From: an uncultured Chryseobacterium sp.
GTDB lineage: Bacteria > Bacteroidota > Bacteroidia > Palsa-965
Length of the DNA: 46,693 nucleotides
Direction of reading: 5' to 3'
NCBI GenBank assembly: GCA_964394965.1
Contig: CAYMZV010000002.1
Span: forward strand, 1-46,693
In this document: one piece after another, positions 25,280 through 32,846 of the stretch
How positions within the stretch are numbered: position 1 is the stretch's first letter
Layout: each line of letters begins with the position of its first letter
Program-made: the position numbers and the translations under genes
Notes under the pieces: model-generated
Database searches by the model: none
What the model was told of the DNA's origin: nothing
The model's input: the letters and a program-made list of their open reading frames with translations, nothing else

Positions 25280-25435
25280 TTAGACTGTTTTGTCTCCACG
25301 GATCAGGCGAAACAATACGGCTATCAAGGCAATGACGAGAAGGATGTGAATCAATCCTCCGGCGTTATAACCCAAGTATCCGATGGCCCACAGAATCACC
25401 AGGATTACTGCAACCAAATAAAGTAGATTTCCCAT
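25280..25435 (-). CDS. lmo0937-family mini membrane protein (51 aa), copy 2
   Basis: MGNLLYLVAVILVILWAIGYLGYNAGGLIHILLVIALIAVLFRLIRGDKTV. Hand translated. Confidence 0.75.
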   Translation of the reverse strand: MGNLLYLVAVILVILWAIGYLGYNAGGLIHILLVIALIAVLFRLIRGDKTV

Positions 25436-25485
25436 TGTGTTTATTTTTTAACTCGTTAGTGATATTTTACTGATTTCGATGTTGT

Positions 25486-25926
25486 TTATTTCGCCAAGGA
25501 TTTTCCCAATTCATTTATCTCATTATTGAAATCATCCCTTTGCTTGAAGAATTCGGTTTTGAAAATGTTCCAGCTTTCAAGCGTTGCAACTTCGTACCCG
25601 TTCACTGACGCTTTCATGTCTGCATTCATTTTTTCAAGTTTTTCAAGACGTTCCTCATCCTTTTTCGCGTCGGCTGTCTTTTCTTTTGCGATTTTGAGTT
25701 TGTAGTTCATCAATTGTCGTTCGTTTTCCTCGATCATGCTCTCATATTCTGCTCTTGCCTGCTTGTGTGCTGCAATGGAATCTTCTTTGGCTTTTTCCAG
25801 GTTGTCTTGTGCAACAGCCAGATTGTCTTTTGCATCTTCCACTTTTTTTGCCGGCGATTCACAACTTGCGAAAATCGTTATGGCTGCCATGGCTATTATT
25901 GCGAATGGTGAAAATATTTTTTTCAT
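25486..25926 (-). CDS. Lipoprotein with coiled-coil character, function unknown
   Basis: Lipobox ITIFASC, then a K/E-rich helical sequence. Confidence 0.6.
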   Translation of the reverse strand: MKKIFSPFAIIAMAAITIFASCESPAKKVEDAKDNLAVAQDNLEKAKEDSIAAHKQARAEYESMIEENERQLMNYKLKIAKEKTADAKKDEERLEKLEKMNADMKASVNGYEVATLESWNIFKTEFFKQRDDFNNEINELGKSLAK

Positions 25927-25975
25927 TGTCTTTGATTTTAATCCCGAATGGTCGGGCGTTGATGGATTGTTTGAT

Positions 25976-26013
25976 ATAAAAAATACTGTCCGATCCGTTC
26001 AACCGGACAGTAT
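25976..26013 (-). terminator. Intrinsic terminator after the CsbD-like gene
   Basis: 10-bp stem ATACTGTCCG / CGGACAGTAT with an 11-nt loop, followed on the minus strand by TTTTTTAT. Confidence 0.65.
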
Positions 26014-26031
26014 GGTTAACCGCAATGAAAA

Positions 26032-26217
26032 TCAGAGTGCTGCAATGATTGCGAGCAATTCCTCTTTTGTCTTGCCAAGTTTAATTTGGATTTTAGCGAG
26101 CATTTCCTCTTTCTTGCCTTCGGCAAATAAAAGATCATTGTCGGTGAGGAATGCGAATTTTTGTTTCAACTTTCCTTTCGCCTCATTCCAGCTTCCTTTC
26201 AATTCATTCGTGTTCAT
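26032..26217 (-). CDS. CsbD-family general stress protein
   Basis: ELKGSWNEAKGKLKQKFAFLTDNDLLFAEGKKEEMLAKIQIKLGKTKEE is the typical CsbD sequence. Confidence 0.85.
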   Translation of the reverse strand: MNTNELKGSWNEAKGKLKQKFAFLTDNDLLFAEGKKEEMLAKIQIKLGKTKEELLAIIAAL

Positions 26218-26254
26218 GTTGTTTGGGTTTTAAACTTTACTGACTCTTTCTTGG

Positions 26255-26323
26255 CAAAGATGACCTACTGAAGCCTGGAATGTGTTACATGATTTATTGA
26301 TTCTGTTACATCATTCACACATT
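26255..26323 (-). promoter_or_regulatory. Composite stress-regulon promoter element, copy j
   Basis: AATGTGTGAATGATGTAACAGAATCAATAAATCATGTAACA, 20 nt, CATCTTTG. Confidence 0.6.
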
Positions 26324-26749
26324 CTATTTTTGCGAAATCAATTTGCCCGATTGGATTGTTTTATGGTTGCTGATGATGGCATAGAAATAAATACCTGAAG
26401 GAAGGCTTCCTGTTTCTATCGGTGTTGTCGTGTTGAGCAAGGCAATGGCCATCAGCTCTTCGCCCAACAGGTTGTAAATTTTCAATTGCGAATTGGTATT
26501 CAGCAGACCCGCATCATTTATTCTGATGGAGACAATCGATTCGAATGGGTTCGGGTAAATTGTAGCGGCGACCCCATCGATGGCGATGTTTTCAATTGGA
26601 TTTGAAATCCCAACGTTGTTTATTGTCCTGTTGAACTGGAAAGGGGAAATATCCGATATGCTTTCGAGTGTTGGAGCCTGTGCAAAATCCAATCTCGGGA
26701 ACATGAAAAATGTCATTACGGCAAAAGTCAATTTCAATTCCCTTTTCAT
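26324..26749 (-). CDS. Small secreted protein with a T9SS type-A C-terminal sorting domain
   Basis: Signal peptide, then ATIYPNPFESIVSIRIND...LKIYNLLGEELM...LPSGIYFYAIISNHKTIQSGKLISQK. Confidence 0.75.
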   Translation of the reverse strand: MKRELKLTFAVMTFFMFPRLDFAQAPTLESISDISPFQFNRTINNVGISNPIENIAIDGVAATIYPNPFESIVSIRINDAGLLNTNSQLKIYNLLGEELMAIALLNTTTPIETGSLPSGIYFYAIISNHKTIQSGKLISQK

Positions 26750-26788
26750 CGTGTTTCAATTCGATTGCGAATTCGTTTCCGCAACAGC

Positions 26789-26857
26789 CAAAGGTGGCCA
26801 GACTTGAAAAGGGAATTGTTACACCATTCCGGGAATCAGTTGCATGATTCACACTTG
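26789..26857 (-). promoter_or_regulatory. Composite stress-regulon promoter element, copy k
   Basis: CAAGTGTGAATCATGCAACTGATTCCCGGAATGGTGTAACA, 20 nt, CACCTTTG. Confidence 0.6.
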
Positions 26858-26882
26858 TTGTTTTCGGCTTTTCCGTGAACAT

Positions 26883-26910
26883 AAAAAAAACGCTACCGGA
26901 TAAGTAACGC
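26883..26910 (-). terminator. Probable intrinsic terminator after 26937..27734
   Basis: On the minus strand: GCGTTAC TTATCCG GTAGCGT followed by T8. The 7-bp stem includes G-U pairs. Confidence 0.45.
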
Positions 26911-26936
26911 CTTTGTCATTCCACAGGTATCGGTTG

Positions 26937-27734
26937 TCAATCCTGATGCTTCTGTTTTTTTGGGGTTTCATTGTTTCCCTCATTCGTCTCGAAATTGCAA
27001 ATGAATGTTGTCAATTCCTTTGTCAGTGTATCGAGTGCTATTGCAGATTGTTTTATATAATCCGTCAGCTTTTTCAGTTTTTCCGGAGAGTCGATTGCCT
27101 GTTCCATCAGATTCGACAAGCCTAAAATATGGGTAATCGGTTGCCTTACGCGATGTGAGATCATGAACAGCATTTTTTCCAATCCCTGAACATGTTCATC
27201 CAAAAACATTTTTGTTTTTTGCAACTCGTCATTGGAAACGATCAACTCTGCAGCACGTTTTTCTTTCTCCCTGTTTTGAAAAACCAATTCTTCATTGGCA
27301 ATGACCAATTCGGCTGCGCGTTTTTCCTTCTCCCCATTTTGAAATAAAAGTTCACTGTTGGCAACGATCAATTCAGCGGCGCGTTTTTCCTTTTCTTCAT
27401 TCTGAAATACGAGCTCCCTGTTGGCAACGATCAATTCGGCTGCGCGTTTTTCCTTCTCCCCGTTTTGAAACGCAAGCTCTTCGTTGGCAATGACCAATTC
27501 CGCTGCACGTTTTTCCTTCTCCGTGTTTTGAAACGCAAGTTCCTCGTTGGCAATGGCCAATTCCGCGGCACGTTTTTCCTTCTCCCCGTTTTGAAAAGAA
27601 AGTTTCTTGTAGGCTATGACCAATTCAGCAGCACGTTCCTCATTCTCCTTGTTCTGAAAAAAAAGCGCCCTTACGGCAGCGATTAATTCTTCTGATCGGT
27701 GAATATTATTATCGGCAATAGGCGGAGTTTGCAT
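26937..27734 (-). CDS. Coiled-coil (seven 21-aa repeats) protein ending in a DHp-like domain, with no ATPase domain
   Basis: AAELVIANEELAFQNGEKEKR repeats are followed by LFMISHRVRQPITHILGLSNLMEQA. ATG 27734 lies 4 nt from the weak -7-like box, suggesting a leaderless mRNA like its paralog. Confidence 0.75.
   Translation of the reverse strand: MQTPPIADNNIHRSEELIAAVRALFFQNKENEERAAELVIAYKKLSFQNGEKEKRAAELAIANEELAFQNTEKEKRAAELVIANEELAFQNGEKEKRAAELIVANRELVFQNEEKEKRAAELIVANSELLFQNGEKEKRAAELVIANEELVFQNREKEKRAAELIVSNDELQKTKMFLDEHVQGLEKMLFMISHRVRQPITHILGLSNLMEQAIDSPEKLKKLTDYIKQSAIALDTLTKELTTFICNFETNEGNNETPKKQKHQD
27219..27695. repeat. About 7.5 tandem 63-bp (21-aa) coding repeats
   Basis: AAELxxANxELxFQNxEKEKR periodicity, equal to three heptads. 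Confidence 0.85.
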
Positions 27735-27737
27735 ACT

Positions 27738-27806
27738 GTAAGTTTACTCACTTTAAACATTCAATTGATACATAATTCGTGAGATAACTTGCATAATTCA
27801 CACATT
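27738..27806 (-). promoter_or_regulatory. Composite stress-regulon promoter element, copy l (weak -7 box)
   Basis: AATGTGTGAATTATGCAAGTTATCTCACGAATTATGTATCA, 20 nt, AAACTTAC. Confidence 0.5.
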
Positions 27807-27826
27807 GGGAATTCCAGTGGGCACTT

Positions 27827-28258
27827 TTACATCCTATCCATATACCAACTCAATTCCTTTTCCATTCTTTTATAGCGGAAAATGGTGGTGACGATTTTTT
27901 GCAGCCGCATGAAAGCGGTTTCGCTTTTCACGACATAATCAAATGCACGATGATGCATGCAATTGATCGCAACATCGATTTTATCCTGCGAGGATAACAT
28001 GACAACCGGAATATCGGGGTTGAATGCCTTTATCTTATCCAATGTTTCCATTCCATTCATCGCATTCTTATCCATTCCATCGAGATGATAATCCAGAATG
28101 ATGACATCGGGATTGTGCGACAGATCCTTCATGCAAAGTTCGCCGGTTGCAAAAGTCTCAATTATAAAATCCGCATGTTCGAGAAATTCAATCTCCAATG
28201 ATTTTAAAAACACAGCATCATCGTCCACCAAAAAAAGCCTTATTTTCTCGTTTTTCAT
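27827..28258 (-). CDS. Stand-alone receiver domain protein
   Basis: RLFLVDDDAVFLKSLEIEF, VIILDYHLDG, VVMLSSQDK and FDYVVK are present. The start overlaps the kinase stop. Confidence 0.85.
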   Translation of the reverse strand: MKNEKIRLFLVDDDAVFLKSLEIEFLEHADFIIETFATGELCMKDLSHNPDVIILDYHLDGMDKNAMNGMETLDKIKAFNPDIPVVMLSSQDKIDVAINCMHHRAFDYVVKSETAFMRLQKIVTTIFRYKRMEKELSWYMDRM

Positions 28259-30606
28259 TGCTTCGTATTTTTAATCCGTTGAAACTCTTCTTCCAATTCT
28301 TCGCAGGCCTGTACACAGATATTTTCAAGTTGTACAATCAAGTCATTCATTCCACCGGCCTCCTGCTGCGCACTTGCAAATTGCTGGACTTTTTTTGCCA
28401 TGCTCTCATAATCCGAACTGATGCCCATGATTGAAAAGGAAGGAATCATTTTGTGTATGGTGGTGTGCAATGAATCCCAATCCTTATTGTGAAAACTCTG
28501 CTTCATCGAAAGGATCAATGGAGGAGTCTGCTCGAGATAACAGGAAATCATTTCCATCATCAATGCCGGATTTGATTTTGTGCGTTGAATCAAATAACTC
28601 AAATCAACGCTTCTTGATTTTTTATCCGGAAGATTTCCAATCACGTTGTCATTGTACTTTATCGATACGGGTTTCTTCACCAACCCGACAATCTTATTGT
28701 ACAGAACTTTTTCGTCGACAGGTTTCGCGATATAATCATTCATGCCAACCGATCTGCATTTTGCCAGATCGACGGTGGTGACATCAGCTGTCAATGCAAT
28801 GATTGGGATTTTCGAATTCATTGTATTGCGGATATATTGCGTCGCCTCGAATCCATTCATCTCCGGCATTTGCAAATCCATCAGGATGATATCGTACGAT
28901 TTCATTTGCAGTTTTTCTATGGCAATTTTCCCATTGGCGGCAATGTCGCGTTCAAATCCGAAATCGTCGAGCAGTGTTTTCATCAGCAATTGGTTGAGCG
29001 CAATGTCTTCCACCACCAACACCTTGATATTCTTCATTTCAGTATCGGCTTCGGCGGTTTCCGTCTCAAACTCCGCTTTCACTTTTGTCTTTTGAAAAGT
29101 CAATATGAAACTGAATGTGGATCCCTCGTTGATTTTGCTTTGCACCTGAACATTTCCGCCTTGCGATTCAACCAATTGTTTTACAATGGCAAGTCCCAGT
29201 CCCGTTCCACCATACAGGCGTGATGTGCCACTGGTAGCCTGCTGGAAATTCTCAAAGATGTTTTCGATTTTACTTTCACTGATGCCGATTCCGGTATCCG
29301 TAACGGCAAATTCTATTATCACCTTGTCCTCTTCTTCCTCCAACAAACGGACACTTACGGTAATTTTCCCTTCCGTTGTGAATTTCACGGCGTTGCTTAC
29401 CAAATTCAGGATGATTTGATGCAAGCGCACCGGATCACCCACCAACACATCCGGAATCCTGTTGTCATATTCCTTGACGAGTACCAGGTTTTTTTCCTGG
29501 ATTTTCGTTTCAAACAGATGAAGCATCGACGATATGGACGCTGACATCTTGAATGGTGTTTGTTCAAATGTCATCTTTCCGGCATCCACTTTTGCCAAAT
29601 CGAGAATGTCGTTGATCAATACGATCAATGCATCACCGCTCATTTTTATGGCGGTCAAATATTCCTTTTGTTTCGCCGACAATTCCGTTTTCAAAACCAC
29701 TTTTGTAAATCCGATGATCGCATTCATTGGCGTCCGGATTTCATGGCTCATGTTGGAAAGGAATTGTTGTTTTGCCTTTACGGCATCTTCAGCAATGCGT
29801 GTTGCACTTTCCGCTTTTATTTTTGCCTCTTCGGCGATTGCAGTCGCCAATTCCGCAAACACTTTTGCTTCCGTCAATTCCTTTTCATTCCTTTTCTGTT
29901 CGGTGATGTCCCTTGCAACAACCACAACTCCCAGCACATTTCCCTGTTCATCCTTGTAAACCGAACCGTTGAATAAAACATCGGTCAATTTATGATCCCT
30001 TATTGTCAACGGATAATCCGTAACAAATCCTTTTGCAAAAGCTTCCTGATAACCTTTCCGCGCTTTTTCCGGCTCGGTGAAATAATCGAAAAAATCCGTA
30101 CCGATTGATTTTTCGCGCGCCACACCGGTTATGTTTACGGACGCATTATTCATGTCCGTTATTTTTCCTGCAGGATTGATTGTGAAAAGCGGATCAAGAC
30201 TTGCCTCAATAAGACTGCGCGCATAATTGGCAACCCTCAACTCCGCCGCGCGTTTTTGCTTTTCATTGTTTTGAAACGCAAGTTCCTTGTTGGCAATGAT
30301 CAATTCGGCTGCACGTTTTCCCTTTTCCTCATTTTGAAATAAAAGTTCCTTGTTCGCAATCACCAATTCATCGGCACGTTTTTCCTTCTCCTCATTTTGA
30401 AATAAAAGTTCCTTGTTCGCAATCACCAACTCATCGGCGCGTTTTCCCTTTTCCACATTCTGGAATGCGAGTTCCTTGTTGGCAATGATCAATTCGGCCG
30501 CACGCTTTTCCTTCTCTTCGTTTTGAAAAGCAAGTTCCTTGTTGGCATCATCCAACTCATTTGATTTTTTCCTTTTAGCCATTTTCGGTTGTGATGCTGT
30601 TTTCAT
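28255..30606 (-). CDS. Hybrid sensor histidine kinase (21-aa coiled-coil repeats, PAS, HisKA, HATPase, REC, Hpt)
   Basis: About five ANKELAFQNEEKEKRAAELII repeats are followed by PAS LIEASLDPLFTINPAGKITDMN. Also present are FLSNMSHEIRTPMNAIIGF, GGTGLGLAIVKQLVESQGG, REC VLVVEDIALN...DIILMDLQMPEMNG and an Hpt-like HKMIPSFSIMGI. Confidence 0.9.
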   Translation of the reverse strand: MKTASQPKMAKRKKSNELDDANKELAFQNEEKEKRAAELIIANKELAFQNVEKGKRADELVIANKELLFQNEEKEKRADELVIANKELLFQNEEKGKRAAELIIANKELAFQNNEKQKRAAELRVANYARSLIEASLDPLFTINPAGKITDMNNASVNITGVAREKSIGTDFFDYFTEPEKARKGYQEAFAKGFVTDYPLTIRDHKLTDVLFNGSVYKDEQGNVLGVVVVARDITEQKRNEKELTEAKVFAELATAIAEEAKIKAESATRIAEDAVKAKQQFLSNMSHEIRTPMNAIIGFTKVVLKTELSAKQKEYLTAIKMSGDALIVLINDILDLAKVDAGKMTFEQTPFKMSASISSMLHLFETKIQEKNLVLVKEYDNRIPDVLVGDPVRLHQIILNLVSNAVKFTTEGKITVSVRLLEEEEDKVIIEFAVTDTGIGISESKIENIFENFQQATSGTSRLYGGTGLGLAIVKQLVESQGGNVQVQSKINEGSTFSFILTFQKTKVKAEFETETAEADTEMKNIKVLVVEDIALNQLLMKTLLDDFGFERDIAANGKIAIEKLQMKSYDIILMDLQMPEMNGFEATQYIRNTMNSKIPIIALTADVTTVDLAKCRSVGMNDYIAKPVDEKVLYNKIVGLVKKPVSIKYNDNVIGNLPDKKSRSVDLSYLIQRTKSNPALMMEMISCYLEQTPPLILSMKQSFHNKDWDSLHTTIHKMIPSFSIMGISSDYESMAKKVQQFASAQQEAGGMNDLIVQLENICVQACEELEEEFQRIKNTKQ
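30226..30561. repeat. Five tandem 63-bp (21-aa) coding repeats
   Basis: Same repeat family as 27219..27695 and 11681..11962. Confidence 0.85.
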
Positions 30607-30614
30607 TTTGCCAT

Positions 30615-31181
30615 TTAATTTCCCACTTCCTCGATGGGGCTTCTCCTCTTGTCTTTCAATTGCTTGAAATGCGAAGGTGAAAGTCCGGTCACTTTCTTGA
30701 ATTGATTCGATAAATGTGCGACGCTGCTGTAATTCATTTTCCAGGCGATTTCGGTAATGTTCAATTCGCCGTAAATGATCAATTCCTTTATGCGTTCGAT
30801 TTTATGGGAGATGATGAATTGTTCAATGGTGGTTCCCTGCACTTCGGAAAACAGATTCGCGAGATAGGTGTAATCGTGATTCATTTTTTCACTGAGGAAA
30901 TCGGAAAAATTCATTTTGATCATTTCATCGCTGTGATGCACCATTTGCACGATCACATTTTTTATTTTTTCAATCAGCATGGCCCTTTTGTCGTCCATCA
31001 ATTCAAGACCCGCTTCCAACAGACCCGCTTTCACCTGTTCGCGCTGTTCGGCTGAAATGTTTTCCATGATTTCAACTTCACCCAAATCCACCACCATGAA
31101 ATGAAGTCCGAGTTCTTTCAACACTTCTTTCACCACAATTTTGCAGCGGGCGCTCACCATGTATTTGATGTATAATTTCAA
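30615..31181 (-). CDS. AraC-family transcriptional regulator with a small N-terminal domain
   Basis: The C-terminus has two HTH units (YTYLANLFSEVQGTTIEQFIISHKIERIKELI and ITEIAWKMNYSSVAHLSNQFKKVTG). The track start 31313 would run through the promoter motif. TTG 31181 (MKLYIKYMVSARCKIVV) or ATG 31160 are the plausible starts. Confidence 0.75.
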   Translation of the reverse strand: MKLYIKYMVSARCKIVVKEVLKELGLHFMVVDLGEVEIMENISAEQREQVKAGLLEAGLELMDDKRAMLIEKIKNVIVQMVHHSDEMIKMNFSDFLSEKMNHDYTYLANLFSEVQGTTIEQFIISHKIERIKELIIYGELNITEIAWKMNYSSVAHLSNQFKKVTGLSPSHFKQLKDKRRSPIEEVGN

Positions 31182-31204
31182 ATGCTTTTTTTTGACAGGA
31201 TTGA

Positions 31205-31273
31205 TAAAGGTGATTCTATTCGGATCGATAAACGTTACACAACTCTTGAAAAGAGTTACACAATTCACACTTT
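31205..31273 (-). promoter_or_regulatory. Composite stress-regulon promoter element, copy m (drives the AraC, kinase and receiver genes)
   Basis: AAAGTGTGAATTGTGTAACTCTTTTCAAGAGTTGTGTAACG, 20 nt, CACCTTTA. Confidence 0.6.
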
Positions 31274-31674
31274 TCGGATTGTGCAGGGCAATACAATTCC
31301 AAGGGAAACCCAATTGCAGGGCTTGTTGGTACAGGAAACTATCTTGAAATGCTTAAGAATAACCGCAGGGAGGAAACCTTGTTGCTGTAAGGTAACACAT
31401 TAAAGGCAGATTGCAACATTAACCGATTGGTTCGTTGTCGGTCAGTTGAACGGTTGGAAAGTTCTTAATGTCCCCGCAGCAATCAATAGCAAGAAACATT
31501 TCTTGATTTCCCTTTGACACAAGGGCTCGGGAAAAAAGAATGAACTCCATGGCCTACAGTTGAAGTCGAGAATGAAATCGGGAAATCGGGTTCATTCCCA
31601 TTATCCCTGATGTTGTATTAAAAAACAACCTTCCGTTCACGTAAAATCCGGGTTGCTTCAGGAAGGGAAAAATA

Positions 31675-32742
31675 TCAGTTGAAAAAACTCTTGTTCTTGT
31701 TGTTGCCGGTATTGGTCATCATGAACCGCAACGAAACTTCAAATCCTCCGCGCGATTGGCTGGCGACGGTCAATCCGGATAAGTTGACATCATAACTCAA
31801 ACCGATTCGCAGTGAGTTGAGTTCATAAGCGGTAACAATATTGAATGCATCGCCGAAACGGTAATATCCTCCGAGAACAAAAGCGGCAGGATTTTTTCTT
31901 CCCGTATAATGTGAAGCTTCCTGCATGATGTATTTGACCAGCATGCCGGCATTTATTTCATGCGCACCGCCTTGAATCATCACAATGTAGCCGGGCTCGA
32001 GAACGAGACTGTAATTTTTTATTCCGATGTCGGCACTTCCATGTGCAACCATTTTCATTGGCAAACGCATGTCCGTATTACCATAAAAACTATATACGGG
32101 TTGGTTGATGTGTTGCACGGAAAATCCTGCTGTCATGCTCATCCCGTCATTTGAACTGATGGTGGCGTGTCCTTTTCCAAAAAACCACGCGACCCCCGCT
32201 CCCATATCTGCATAAGTGCGATTGGGATAAGCTGTCGGTTCCAGTGAAGGTGCGGAAGGATCGAGGTAACCACCGATGTATTGATTGTCCCAATTCAATT
32301 TATCATAAGCGATACTGCGCTGACCGAACCCGCCATAAATTCCAGCGGAAATCAAATTGTTATCGTTCACCGCAAGCACTCCCGACAAATGTATTTGTCC
32401 GGTGGTTGTTCCCATTGAACCATCACCCGCCTTGTCGGAAAAAAAATCCAATCCGATGCCCATGTGATTTCCATTCTGCTTTTTCATGAATGCCATATCA
32501 CCACACACATTAAAAGTCTTGAATGGATTATTGGTAACACTTTTCCATTGGTCCTTGTAATTGATGATGGCCATGAAGTCGTGCGACAAAGCGGTTTCCG
32601 CCGGATTCAACAGCAATGGGGTTTCGGTTAATTGCGTGAAGTGAATGTCCTGACCGAAAGAAAAAAGCGGCAACAGAAAAAATGCAGCGGCGGAAAAAAA
32701 GCGGCAGTGGGCCGGGGAAAAAAGTTTTTTCATTTTGTCCAT
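31675..32742 (-). CDS. PorP/SprF-family type IX secretion system membrane protein
   Basis: QDIHFTQLTETPLLLNPAETA near the N-terminus, and beta-barrel character. It sits directly downstream of a type-B CTD cargo gene. Confidence 0.85.
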   Translation of the reverse strand: MDKMKKLFSPAHCRFFSAAAFFLLPLFSFGQDIHFTQLTETPLLLNPAETALSHDFMAIINYKDQWKSVTNNPFKTFNVCGDMAFMKKQNGNHMGIGLDFFSDKAGDGSMGTTTGQIHLSGVLAVNDNNLISAGIYGGFGQRSIAYDKLNWDNQYIGGYLDPSAPSLEPTAYPNRTYADMGAGVAWFFGKGHATISSNDGMSMTAGFSVQHINQPVYSFYGNTDMRLPMKMVAHGSADIGIKNYSLVLEPGYIVMIQGGAHEINAGMLVKYIMQEASHYTGRKNPAAFVLGGYYRFGDAFNIVTAYELNSLRIGLSYDVNLSGLTVASQSRGGFEVSLRFMMTNTGNNKNKSFFN

Positions 32743-32846
32743 TTGTTGGAAGTTGAAAAGCTGGAAAGTTTCAAGGTTGGAAAGTTGTTTTCGTCATTTC
32801 AACTTTTCAACCGTTCAACTTTCCAACCCCTTTTATTTAAAGCTGT

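Noticed and set aside
31314-31674. A 360-bp gap between the AraC promoter and the porP stop, examined for tRNA, sRNA or small genes
   Set aside because: I found no tRNA-like arms, no convincing terminator and no credible ORF. Only a 7-bp hairpin (GAATGAA / TTCATTC) and the word repeats reported separately are present. An sRNA cannot be excluded without expression data.
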